Shown piece after piece: positions 12,638 to 25,418 of a stretch of 64,000 nucleotides of DNA (position 1 is its first letter; each line of letters begins with the position of its first letter). The translations under genes and the position numbers were made by a program. The notes under the pieces were generated by a model. The model was given only the letters and a program-made list of their open reading frames with translations. It did no database searches and was not told where the DNA came from. Source of the DNA: Rhodosorus marinus CCMP1338 (lineage: Eukaryota > Plantae > Rhodophyta); NCBI GenBank assembly GCA_029953675.1, contig JAMWBK010000002.1, positions 2,294,001-2,358,000 of the forward strand, read 5' to 3'.

Positions 12638-13490
12638 CTTTTCTTACCTTATTCGATCCTTTGGCGACCTCCTTTCAATTCTCTCCTTCACCCCCCTAAC
12701 CCCCACCCCCACCCCACCCCTCCCTCCCTCCCTCCCCTTCCTTCAAACCCAACAAAAGACTTTACCACCCTCGCTCTGTCAAACCCTCAAACTGCTCCAG
12801 TCCAAAGTCTCCCACCCCCAACCCGAGCACTTCCAACTGCCACCTCTCATCCCCAAAATACAGATATCTTCTCCAAGACTAAAGTCAAAGTTTTCGTCAT
12901 CATCATCGCATCGATCTCGAAAAAAACGATTCCTTCCCATCGACAGCACGTGTTTTAGTACTTGTACAAACAATTGTATTTTAGTACTAATACAATTACC
13001 TCCGAAAACCAGTCAGTTGTGTTTTTTGGAAAATTATTTAGCGTAGCAATAATTTTTTGCTATTCAATAATACAAGATTGGTTTGGAGGGGTTAAGGATA
13101 CTTCTATTAATCTTCACTATTTTGTTTATTGTTATTTTATATAAGTATTTGCTATTGTGCTTGAAGATTCATGAGGGGTGAGGTTTTATTGATGACAAAG
13201 GACTCTTGGACGATGAGACCTCTTTTGGGTTGGGGGGGGAGAGAAGGGGGTGAGAGAAGGGGGTGAGGATGGGAAGATGCTCGCTCGATCGTTGGGGTTT
13301 GGCGAAATTGCATTGGTGTATCGATGGGTTAGGTTTGGGTGAGAACATGTAAGGAGTTTCCTGAACAGATCTGATGTCAGCTCAGCGTTGTGGTAGAAGA
13401 AGGGAAAGGGAAAAGTTTTGAGTTGAATAGATAAATTCTGGTTAGATTTATTGGGTTGGCCTCAGCGTCCTGTTTTGGTTAGAAATGTTG

Positions 13491-15958
13491 TTATAGCCGG
13501 AGATTCTTGATTGCGTCCACGCTGAAGTCTATCCTGAGCGACAGTCCCTTTCGTACTTCTGTTGGAGTTAGTCTCCAGGTCATACCACCTGCATTAGCAC
13601 CCCAGAGATCGTAAACCTCGGAGGGATTCTCAAAGTTAACGAGCATTGAGACCTGGGAAAGGCGGGCGAAAATGTCCCGAACCGTGCCCCGCTTTGAATT
13701 CGTTGCAAAGAAAGTCGACAGCGACCGAATATCTCGATCCAGCTGCAAAGCTCCAAGTGCGTTTAGACGCTTGGGGCTTGTTCCACTCGCAGTTCCCATA
13801 AGAGCCAACTCGATGGTCTTCGCCGACCACTCCGCCAAACGCCGTATGAGACCATCCCAAACTGAGTCAATTAGGAATCTTTCCAGGTCGCTCATTGCCT
13901 GGTTCTCAACAGTCTGAAGAAACACGAGCATGAAGCGTTCGCAACGTTCTTGATCCTGATATTCGGCTTCTCCTAGTAGATAAGACACATCAGCGACTGC
14001 CGAGGTCTGAAAAGGGGAAAAGAGATAATCAGTTCAGAGGCTGAAAATACGACATTCTGTCCATATCTGATTTCGTGGATCCTTACTGCGGCACTCAGGC
14101 GACTGGTTACAGCAGTGGCAAGCTTATCCAGGCCTTGCTCTGCGGTCATAGCAAACACCCTCGAGGATTCGGAAAGTTGAGCAAGCACGGCATTGATCTG
14201 CGCATGGTCCCGAGGGTTTGGGAACGCCTGGTTGGCTTTCTTTTCCACCTCACCCCGTAGTCTTATGGAATACTCTGAGCTCTGATAAGCGTTATTTAGG
14301 GCGACGGCGTATCCGTATCGGCTTTGCCTGTCATCCGCATGTTTGCTTCCTGGTTCGACCAGCAGCCGAGCGTTCAACCTGTCGCCCTTCCCCGAAGACA
14401 CCTTCTCTAGCGCCACTTCAGTCTCTTTAAGACGCCGTTTAATGAAATCGAGGAGCTCAACCCCGATTGCCAAGTTCACGTAGTTGATGACCGCACACAA
14501 AGTTAGCAGGTTTGCGTAGGACACAGCTCTTCGAATGCACTTCTGAAGGACGAAAAAGATGTCGTCAACCGCGGTGGAAGTCCTTCCACTAGATGATTGA
14601 GTAGGAGGGTCATCTATTCGAATGGCTTTCAGGATATTCTCTTGCATAAAGTACGCCTCGATTGAGATATACCTCGTTGTGATCTCCTCCAGCGACCTTC
14701 GCAAAGCACAGTCCTGCAGAAAAGTTGCAAACTCTAGTTCTGCTGCGTCCAATCGACTGATCTCCGGGCGTGCACTTGTCGGTGTTGATGGTGTTCTGAT
14801 GGATGCCTTCGGGGTGGACGTTCTTGCGGACTTCGGAGACAACATTGTCTCAATTTCTTGCTGCTTGGTTGCGTCTGTGGTCTGTTTCGGTGCATACGCC
14901 GCATCCTGTTCCAGAACAGCGTACACTCTGCCCGACAGAAAATCGAAGTACCTCATCGAGCGCTGGGAGATGATAGCCTTCTCATCGAGGATGGGATCCA
15001 GCACGCGAGCATCTGCTGATCTTTGCGAGATCAACCCCATCATCTCATCCAGCCGTCTTTCCTGCGTGTATCGCGAGATGATACGAGTAGCTTCCGCGTC
15101 ACATTGGTTCTGGAGGTGTTTGGCGAGACTAATAATCCCTTGGGATCCAAACAGTTGGCTGGTTGTTTCTTCCACTTCATCAAAATACGAAGCAACGCTT
15201 TCATATAGCCGAGTCAGGCAAGTAACATGGGGCTCGTCCTGCGTTGGCTCTTCGGCATCCGTCTCGATTAGTAAGAGTCTCACATCCTCCGCGCTCTCCT
15301 TGTGAATCGCTGACTTGAGGAAATCGCAAAAGCGACTGAGGCCTTCTTCCGACTTCCCTACCAAGACGAACAACTTGGCAACTCCTAGAACTTCTTCTAG
15401 GGAATCTCCTTCAACGGCAAGGTCGGCCTTTCTCTGTATGGCGACAGTTAAGTCTGCGATCGACTCTTTGACATGGGTGACAGAGGCGAAGGAGCCTGAC
15501 TCTGAATCCAGTTCAGCCTTCGTCCGTTCTCCGAATTGTAGATACCTGGCGACATGCTCTGAGGCTTTTACTAAGTCGCTCGCAGCAAGAGCAGCGCGTA
15601 CACCTTCCGCACACCCGCGCAAAGCGATAACGTCCTCAACTCGCATGAGCGCCTCCTCACATCTTCGATAATGTTCATCAAGTTCTCTCACTCTCGACGA
15701 GACTTTATCAGACAACCTCCTAGCTCCAGAAACCAAATCCTTCAGCTCCTTGGCCTCCTTATCAATGCCGTGCGCCTTAATTGCCAAGTCCTCAAACTTC
15801 TCTATCCTCCTCCTCGAGCTCTCGCTTACGATCATCAACATACTCTCCAGTTCCTTCTCCAACTCCCTCTCAGCCTGCAAGGTGCTCGACAAAGCAGCTT
15901 CTACATCCTGATCATCCTCCAGAACGACCACACGACTTTCAACGCTCTCCGCAACCAT
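13491..15958 (-). CDS. COG4: Conserved oligomeric Golgi complex subunit 4 (2 exons)
   Basis: LSDKVSSRVRELD, RCEEALMRVEDVIALRGCAEGV, DDIFFVLQKCIRRA, NALGALQLDRDIRSL, RDIFARLSQV, WRLTPTEVRK. Confidence 0.92.
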
Positions 15959-16170
15959 GATTCCGCACACCTAGGTCAGACAAAACGATCTCAATAAACA
16001 GACAACTACTCCAAGAAGTTTGAAATAGCTTCAAAATGAAAGGCCATCCATCTGCTAGATCATGTCTCTCTTAAACCCTCAGAACGCGGACACTCCCACC
16101 TCTCCCCCACCACTCCTAGCGGACCTGTCGAATAATCAGTTTATACCCGAAAGGTCCACTTCCATCAATG

Positions 16171-16378
16171 GCCAATGTTTCTCACCAAAGGCCCAACAGT
16201 AGACCAATGTTCTAGGACTTGGCCAACAAAATGGACCACAAACTCCAAGTGAAATCGACCAATGTTCTTGCGGGCCCCCTAGCCGGACCAATGTTACAAG
16301 AATTGCCGATGATCTCAAAACCTTGCCAGAGTTTCATAGGGGGGAGCTAATGTTTTTACGCGGGACACAGCATTGGTC
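16171..16378. promoter_or_regulatory. Cluster of CCAAT-box motifs between divergent COG4 and deaminase genes
   Basis: GACCAATGTT at 16202, 16257 and 16286; GCCAATGTT at 16171; reverse CATTGGTC at 16371. Confidence 0.45.
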
Positions 16379-16863
16379 ACAAAATGGCTATTGTTCCCGT
16401 AACAACGTCCTGACGGGGGACAGCTGGAAATCTTCAAATGTGCGAAGAAGAAGCGTGAAAAGTATTCTAGTTTTGTTTCTCCCATTCAATATTCAATTTG
16501 AAGTTTCCAACCTCAAAGAAGTTTCTTTGAGCATCTTGGAACGAAGATGCAAGCTGGTCAACGAGAGGACCGTCTCTTAGCGCGGTCATCTCGCGATTCC
16601 GGACACTCCGTAAAAGCTTCGGAGAGCCCGCCTCGGAGTTAGATATGTAGATCATCGACCAGCAGAAGCAATACCGATGATATTCCAACCCGCACTGGAA
16701 TTGCGAGGCTTACGCCTAGGTCCTTGAAGCCGGGACAACTCACGACGGGAGAATTGTTATCGCTTCTGTCAGCTATGCGAGTTGGGGTCCCTTGGGGATG
16801 ATGGCTCACCTTTTCTAAGATGGGATTAATAGCATCTTCCTGAAGAAGGATTTTTTTGCAACG

Positions 16864-18274
16864 ATGAAAGAAGTGGTCGATCAAGTTATTAGCGCTCAAT
16901 GGATTGCTCCAGTTATGCCGGATCCAACCGAGGTGCGGAAAAACTGCTCCGTCGTTTTGAATGGCGGCGTTATAACTGATATTTTGGGCTCCGAGGAGGC
17001 CAAGCTGAAATACAACGCAAAGGAATGGACTGATTTTGAGAATCATATGCTCATTCCTGGGCTGGTCAATGCGCACACCCATGCAAGTACGTGCTCGGGA
17101 AAGATATGCGCCGTACTCTGTACTTTCTTTTTCTCAGAGTTGCCTCCGTACCCGGTGACAAACAGGTATGACCTTGATGCGAGGAATAGGCGACGATGAG
17201 CCACTGATGTCATGGCTGCAGAACACAATTTGGCCGATTGAGATGAGCCTTGGAAACGAAGACTTTTGCCACGACGGGACCATGCTCAGCGCTGTGGAAA
17301 TGCTAAAAAGCGGGACTACCACGTTCAATGATATGTATTGGCACCCTTCGGCTACGGCACGTGCTTGCGGAGAGGTTGGCATCCGAGCCGTTCTTGGTAT
17401 GATTGTGGTTGGGTTTCCCAGCTCGTATGCTAAGGACTACGATGAATACATTCAAAAGGGACAGTCCACCCTAGCCGAATTTCTCGACCATCCCACGGTG
17501 CACTTTTCGTACGCCCCCCATGCACCGTACACTGTCAGCGACGAGATCCTCACCCGCCTGGGAGACTTGTGCAAGGCGGAGGACAGAAAACTGCACATTC
17601 ACCTACACGAAACTGAGGACGAATGCAACAGCTCTGAAGCTCTGGACAAGTCACCAATGTGTCATCGCTCAGAATTTGCGGGTAGGCCGATCCAGAATCT
17701 CGAGAGGCTAGGCCTACTGAACAAAAATCTGGTTGCCGCGCACGCGGTGCACGTGAAAGACGAAGAGATCGCCTTACTCGCGGAAAGGGAGGTCAGCACT
17801 GTGCACTGCCCAACCTCGAACTTGAAACTGGCGAGTGGATTCTGTCCGGTTGCCAAGCTGCTGGAAGCGGGGGTGAACGTAGCGATCGGGACCGATGGAA
17901 GCGCGAGCAACAATGCGCTTGACATGGTGGCGGAAATGAAAACCGCAGCAATACTGGCCAAAGCAGTGGCCAAGGACACAACGGCAGTGCCAGCGGCAAC
18001 AGCTTTAAAAATGGCGACATACAACGGTGCGAAAGCGTTAGGGCTAGGAGATAAAATCGGATCTCTGCAAGTTGGAAAATCTGGAGACATGATTGCGGTA
18101 GAACTCGGAGCACGCGCCGCTAACACCCCCGTGTTCGATCCCATATCTTCCTTCGTGTACTCCTCGCATGGTGCTGATGTTTCCGACGCGTGGGTTAACG
18201 GCCAACGCGTGATGCGAGAGAGGCGAGTGACTACCATGGACGAGAAAGACATCCTCGAGAAAGCCCATTCGTAA
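16864..18274 (+). CDS. Amidohydrolase, MTA/SAH deaminase (MtaD/TrzA-AtzA) family; 1 intron
   Basis: LIPGLVNAHTHA|SMTLMRG, APHAPY, HIHLHET, AAHAVH, HCPTSNLKLASG, GTDGSASNNALD; metal ligands intact. Confidence 0.9.
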
Positions 18275-19155
18275 GCCCATGGACCGCAAACGTCCAACAC
18301 AACTTATCACCGCTTCTAACCCTGAACCTTCTCTTCCCAATAACTCACAACAGATGGGTGGACAAGATCAATGCGCTCAACCTCGATCCGCATCCCAATC
18401 ATCATCCAAAGGAGACCTAGACGTATCGATTAGACTTTGCAATACATACAAAACTATAGGAGGCGACATTTACGAGCTCTAAACATAACCTACCTCGTCT
18501 AAAAAACGCTGACACTTCTTTGTGAGATCAATAAAAGGCCTCCGATTGTTAAGTCAACAAAAGTTGACTGAATACTAAATATCGGAAAACTTTTAATCCA
18601 AGCAATTCTTACCAAGTATTTTATTTAAACATAAATTAAGGGGTATTATATTTTCATTAGACTAAATAATAAATTATCAATGAATTCTATACGAAATAAC
18701 CTATAAATTATTACAAAAACGCTTGTAGAACGTATCTTCGGGGAAGAGTGGGGTAGATACCTTGCGGGGAGCTCCACAATTACTCTTAATTGTTAGTAAA
18801 TTAAAAGAAAAGATATTTTAGCGGGTTTGGACGAGGGGTGGATTATTCCGTTATAAAACGAATGTAAAATAGTACATTTTTGGGCGTAGTTTTTTGAGTG
18901 AAATATTTATTAATTTTGATGCGGTGGAAAAGTTGTCTCATTTTCGCGGACGTGAAGTTTGCAGGTGGTTTTGTATTGAAGACGACTGCTTGGGAAGGGG
19001 TGGGAAGGAGGGGAGAGGCCAAGAGATGGGATTGATACTATTTGGTTTGGAAGGTATCCGTTTACGACTGTTGTCGACTATAGGACACTTCGTTTTCTTT
19101 TCGTTTTTTGAGAGATTGGATCGAATTGAGGTGTACTTAAACAGTGTGACGTACA

Positions 19156-20204
19156 ATGTCTGAGGCGAAGAAGTTGAGGGACTATGTGGAGGGGATGTCT
19201 CTGAAGGATGGGACTGGGCTGGTGAAGGCGAACTTGGAGCTGGCGAAAGTGACAGGCGGCCTTACAGACGAGCTTAATCTGCAACAGTTGGGATTGACTG
19301 ACGAAGATATGGCGTCGCTCGTAGGACCCATCGCCAACCTCGGAAAAAATCTTAGGGTTTTGAATTTGTTTTTCAACGAGTAAGTGGGTGGAATTGACGA
19401 ATACCGCTTGCCGTGAATGGGCTTGGGCAGGCTGTCAGTTTTCTTGTGGGTATTGAAGGTCTTTGTTCTGATCTCGGGCGTAGGTTGACATTCATCCCGG
19501 CTGAGTTATCAAAACTATCCCACTTGGAAGAGCTTAAGGTCGGGTGCAATCCTTTATCCTCTATACCGGAAAAGCTCTTCACAGACATGCATCGGCTGAC
19601 ATATTTGGATATCGGATATGGGAATACACTGAGCACCCTTCCCGAATCCATTGGCGAATGCAAGTCGCTGAAAGAACTTTGGGCTGGGAACAACAGGTAT
19701 GCGTTCACGTCCGTGGTACTGATCTTTAGTTACTTACAGGGGAAATCTCTCTGTGCCATCGCAGGATTCACGCATTTCCGAGCACATTATGTAAATGCAA
19801 GAACCTCGAAGTTCTGCAGGTGTATGGAAACGACCTGAAGGAGATTCCCTCAGAGATCGGGTAGGAATTCATCAATTCCAGTGCCAAGCCAGGCAAAAGA
19901 AGGAAAAGGATTTAACTGAAAAAACCCTCCTTTTGCCTGCAGTGATTTGAAAGCTCTTCGGGTATTGAACATTGGAAGAAACCAGATCACACATATTCCT
20001 GACAGGTTGGGAGAATGTCAGAACCTCACCGAATTGCAAGCATACGAAAACGATCTGCGAACAGTACCGGTTAGCGTAGCGAACTTGCCCAACATCAAGG
20101 TTGGAAACTGCTACGGAAACCCTAAACTTGGGTTGCCTCCACGGGAGAAAGTTCGCGAAGGAGTTGGTGCGACCCTACGTTATTATTCCTCGGTAAATGT
20201 ATAA
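19156..20204 (+). CDS. Small leucine-rich repeat protein (multi-exon)
   Basis: Repeated LxxLxLxxNxLxxIP (LRVLNLFFNELTFIPAEL, LEELKVGCNPLSSIP, LRVLNIGRNQITHIP). Confidence 0.85.
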
Positions 20205-21309
20205 AGGAACTTTCGATCGAGCAGGAAAAATACGCCTCTGGCTACAACGACCACACAGGAGATCGGAGGAAAATCCGTTAAACTCTCTTGATCCAGTTCT
20301 AACGGCTGATCAATGTTTTCAGTCCTTTCTTTCTATTTTCATCTGAAACTCAAACTGTTTCGCTGACGTGATCGATGCTGCTAACGAAGGATCAGCTAAA
20401 AGGTAACCTCGTTGTTGTTCTGCACAGTCATTTACAGCTCAATCAACCCACGCTTCAGCAAAGCTCACAAGCACAGTGGTAGTTGCAGCATACACCAATT
20501 ACGTGTATAGTTTTTGCACGCGTCGGTGATGTTGACCTGCTCCAGTTTGAGAGGGGGGGCGGGGAACTCTTCTGTCCGCAAGGAATCACCAAATATCCCT
20601 GACACATAGATAGTGGCAACGATAAAATTACAAAACAAAAAAGCGCATAAACATAAAGCACACGTCAATCAGCGCTACGCAACTCCCCCCCCCCTTCCCC
20701 AAACACACCCACACACCCGCACACCCATACACCCTGATCAGTAATTCTAAACGCACGTCGCAGTTAAAAACAATCAATATAAGCCAAAACCAGTCAAAAT
20801 TATTTGCAAAAGATTGCTGTTCTAATTTCTATTAAAAATCCATTCTACGGACCGTCACGTGCAAAACAAGCTATACGATAGAGATCAGTCATAATAAATA
20901 AAAAGATTGATAAGCATTTTTTATATTAAAATTAAATTTTATGGACCGTGGGGAGGTCAAGAAAAGAGGATCGGATCGCAGAGGCCATCGGGTCTCGATT
21001 AGGGTTTTCCAAGTGTTTGAAATCGTCGAAGTTTTTTGTTTTATTAAGGTTTCTCTTGTTTTGGGATTTGGATTTTACACTTTTTTTGGTGATTTGGGTG
21101 GGTTTTGGGGTGTGTGTGTGTGTGAGTGACGGAGTTTGGGAGGGTTTAGGGAGAGCAGGAGTAAGGGGTGGTGGTTGCATGTTGAGTCAGTGTATGTTTC
21201 TTTTTGGTGGAGGCCGAATTGGTAGTAAATCTGTTCCTCGCTGTATAATTTGTTTGGATTTTGATTTTGTGGTGAGTTTTTCTTTTTTCTTTTTGTAGCT
21301 GGAGAAAGG

Positions 21310-22604
21310 ATGCTTGGGTTTCTGCAGAGTGCGGTGCTCGCGAAAGGTGAGTTCCTTTTCTTCCGGGGGGGGCTTGTGGTTTGATGTTGGCGTGGATAGA
21401 GAGAGAGAGAGAGGCGTATCGTTTTGCTTTGTACTGTCTGTCTCCTGAATTTTTGTGCTTGTATTTGCGTGTTGTTTCATTGATTCAATTAGGCGGCGTG
21501 TCCAGGAATTTGTGCTCAGCTAGATCGTCTGTTTTCGGAGAGGCCGCTTGCGTTTACCGGCCTGAGTCCTCGAGGGTTCTTTCACGAAATGGCGTTTCGA
21601 GGGCGCAATTTTCCACGAAAATGATGGCTGAGCCGATCATCGACCTGAAAGGAAAGAAGGCGTTGATCACTGGTATCGCGAACAACCGATCGATTGCGTA
21701 TGGTATCGCCAAGGCTCTTCATCAAGCAGGAGCTGAAATTGGTGTGACGTACTTGCCAATGAATGATAAAGTGGAAGGGAAGGTAGGAATGTCATGTAAC
21801 TTGCTGACCTTAAGTCTTCTCAAACGTCTAAAACTTTGTTCCACGTCTCCCTGCATCAGGTTAGGGACCTCACGCTTGATCTGGAGCCAAGTCTTTTCGT
21901 TTCCTGCGACGTTTCAAAGCCTGAGGAAATCGCTAACCTCTCGGAGGAGATCAAATCAAAGTGGGGTACGTTGGAATTAACCAGCTCAATGAAAACTCTG
22001 TCATGCTGGAGGGTTCGTCTCAAAAATACTCCTACAAGCTTTTTCTCAAACGAAACACTTAAATGGCATAGGAACTGTGGACATATTCATTCACTGTCTC
22101 GCGTTTGCCAACCGTGAGGACTTGACCGGGGATTTTGTAAACACCTCCAAAGACGGTTTCAGCCTTGCCATGTCGATCTCGACATATTCACTGATCGAGG
22201 TGACCAACGCACTTGTCCCGATGATGACGGACGGTGGATCTATCGTCACGCTCTCTTACTTGGGCGCAGTTAAGGTTGTGCCAAACTACAATGTCATGGG
22301 AGTTGCCAAGGCTGGTCTGGAAGCCTCTGTTCGATACCTAGCGGCGGAACTCGGCCCGAAGCAAATTCGGGTGAACGCAGTTAGTGCTGGGTCCATTAGG
22401 ACGCTCGCATCGTCCGCGATTGGAGGAATCCAGACCATGATCAAGCATGTGGAGGCGAACGCTCCACTCCGCAGAGCGACGACCACAGAAGAAGTAGGAA
22501 ACACCACGGCATTCCTTGCATCTGATGCGGCCGCGGGGATCACAGGACAAGTTATTTACGTAGATTCCGGTTACGAAATCCTAGGCGCTACGATTGAGAA
22601 GTAA
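21310..22604 (+). CDS. fabI: Plastid enoyl-ACP reductase, cyanobacterial-type FabI, with transit peptide (multi-exon)
   Basis: Exon 1 MLGFLQSAVLAK; LKGKKALITGIANNRSIAYGIA; YNVMGVAKAGLEASVRYLA; VNAVSAGSIRTLASSAI. Confidence 0.95.
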
Positions 22605-23018
22605 AAAAGTCAGTTTGCTTTCTTTAGGAGTCTTCCGATCTCCTTTAATAGATCACGGGGAGGGAACAGACGACATAGCCTGCATTCTAACGTAACAGAT
22701 TAGAGTCCGACAACTCAGATACGTTAGAAGACGACGACGGGCATCCGGGGCTTCTATACTCAACATGGATTCCTTGTTGATGAACCCGAATTTGTATCTT
22801 AAGAGCGTGCTCACCAGAATAGCGGGTTTGTCTTGCAAAACTGTTTTCTTGTCCAACCTGGATTTGTCCTTTGAAAGGGGGTAGGAGCGAGTGCTTGATC
22901 CAGTTCTGCTCCCTTTTTTGGCGTTTTTCTTCTACTTCTGCGTTACGCTGGTCTAAGAGGTCTGGAGATTGATAAGATTCTGGAGAGCTTCGCAGCGTAC
23001 TCTTCAAGAGGAGGGAAC

Positions 23019-24315
23019 ATGCGACAGGTACAAAGCGTTCTGTTTCAGAGGCCGCGTGTGGTCGTCGTGGAAACTGTAGAAATTCCCAAACCTGGAAGGT
23101 CCGAGGTCTCTGTTCGGGTTGTGTACTCCGCCGTGAGCGCTGGCACTGAGCTCCTCGCCTATCGCGGGGAGATGCCGAATGACTTGCCCGCGGATGAGGT
23201 TCTGAAGGACTTTAGTGAGCCTTTCAAATATCCGTGCTCCTTTGGCTATTGTACTGCGGGAGAGGTAGACGCCATTGGAGATGGTGTTCCTCGCGACTGG
23301 TTAGGGAAGAAAGTATTTGCTTTCAAGGCACATGCGAGCTCATATATCTGCGATCCGAGTGAGCTCATCCCAATTCCAGAGGATATTGAGCTAAAGGACG
23401 CAGTAATGTTCCCAAGCGTTGAGACGGCTGTAACGTTAGTGATGGATGCGCACCCTAGGCTGGGCGACAGCGTGGCCGTCATTGGCCAAGGTCGGCACGG
23501 AGATACTCCGAATCTCTTGCGTCGCATTTTTCTTCTACTGACATGATTCTATGCGCTCATGTACTCGCCTTGTAGGCGTGGTTGGCCTTTTAACCGCAAA
23601 GATCATCTCTGCGTACTATCCAATGAGCAAGCTTGTAACTGCTGATATGCACCCCATGCGGCAAGAGCGATCTTTGAGCTACACTGGTGCCGCCCTGGCC
23701 GATGGTTCCCACGCAGAGGCGAAAAAGAGGCTGAGGAAGGCCGCGACGAACTCCGAATTTTCCGGAGCTGATATTGTTAGTAGCGTCCTTCCTTCCAGGC
23801 AACATGCCATTGGCGAATGTGATATATAACCTAAAGATGCACATCTCATTGCCGCTGTTTCACTTTCCAGACGATTGAAGTTAGTGGGACTGGCTCTGGC
23901 TTTGAAACGGCGGTTGACGTGACCGGGGATAACGGAAAAATAGTACTCGGCTCATGGTTTGGGTCAAAGGCAGTTCTCCTGAATAATTTGGGAGGTAGAT
24001 TCCACCGCAGTCATATAACTATTGTGGCATCACAGGTCAGCAGTGTTCCAGCCCAACTGTCAGGTCGCTGGTCGAAAGGCCGCCGTTTTGAGGTGGCTTG
24101 GAATGCCGTGAGACAGCTCAAACCGAGCTGCTTGATTACCTGGACGGCAAAACTGGTAAGTACGGCCTTTTGCCACACCAATGGAATTTGGAGGCCTAAA
24201 CAAGACGCTCGAACTTCTCATGCCCATCGACCAGTCGGAGGCGCCATATGTTTACGAAGTCTTAGATACGAGCCCTTCGCAGCAGCTTCAGATCGTCTTC
24301 TACCACAAGAAATAG
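23019..24315 (+). CDS. Medium-chain dehydrogenase/reductase (zinc-binding ADH-like, prokaryote-type subfamily), 3 introns
   Basis: YSAVSAGTELLAYRG, FKYPCSFGY, VAVIGQG|VVGLL, VLGSWFG, GGRFHRSHITIVASQVS, RWSKGRRFEVAW. Confidence 0.85.
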
Positions 24316-25418
24316 ATATTTTCTCGCAAAACATCAACATGTACGACGCTCATAATCCAGCTCGGGGAGTGCACAGCCTAACCCCGAAAGGGCTTACAAA
24401 GGGCTTACAACGCGTGTCCATGCATCTCGTTGGATAACCGCCCCTAGTGAAAAACCTTAAACACTCTTGCGGCTGTCGAGATAAATTAAGTTGCTTGATT
24501 GAATTATATCTAGTTGTTTTCTGTTTCCTATCATGCCTGGTTAAAGTATTTCCTAGCAGAGAAGCACATCCAGAACCCCTCCTCCGATCGAAAGCTCACG
24601 AGGCGTCGCCAATCCCCCAAACAACAAGTCATTGCAACTGATGCAAAATTAATTTGCTACGTTTCTCCATCAATAGTAATAATTAGTACTTTTTCAGAGA
24701 GACACGTGGAGATAAATAATTTGATATAATATTGTATACGTGTCATTATATGGTTGGTTTTTGCGTCAGTTGGTAAATATTGAAACCAATCATATGCTGT
24801 GAATGCTTGCATTGAGATATTTTTCGTTTGGGGGAAATATTTTCGATTAATTGCTTAATGGGACCGGTCGCGACCTTCAACGGGCGATTGGAACTGTTTG
24901 GATGAAGCCATTAAGGAAAGCAGAGAGGCTACGGAGGTTTTTCCTTTTTCGAAGGAGGGTCAAAGTGATTTTTATCTTCTGTTCAGGATCCAAGTGGAGT
25001 TTTACTGGAGGTTTTCCGGCTGGAACGTCCTTGCAAGGAATCTTTGGCCGGTCGCGAAGGACATGAACTGCCGTTTTCCGATAAATTCGAGTAGGATGGG
25101 GAGGTTGATATCTGGTACGAACGAGAACGTGTTCAGCTGGTCTCTGCGACCGGTCGCCAGGTGCCGAGCTTGTGTATCTGCTTCTATATCTAGCGACAAG
25201 CAATTTAGAATGTTCATCATGCCTTCCATTCGTGAAAGTGACAGGCTTGAATGAACAGAGTCTTTAGCAATCCGTGTTGAATCCTCTGGCCCAGTTTAAC
25301 AGCAGTGAGTTTGAGTCCAGCTTTATAAAGCTCCGACAGATGTGGCTCTGTTCCGACAGATGTGGATGTCAGAAGACGGGCAAATGACTGTGGAACGGAA
25401 GAAAGTTGTCCTTAGCTG

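Noticed and set aside
14622-15305. Long antisense ORFs (also 17662-18300, 28901-29599, 36718-37485, 41570-42241)
   Set aside because: Shadow frames of real genes on the opposite strand.
22687-23007. 106-aa minus ORF between fabI and the MDR gene
   Set aside because: No motif; the region likely serves as UTR/promoter of the flanking + genes.
24851-25254. 118-aa + ORF and overlapping ORFs upstream of the homeobox gene
   Set aside because: No recognisable motif; similar-length ORFs on both strands, compatible with chance.
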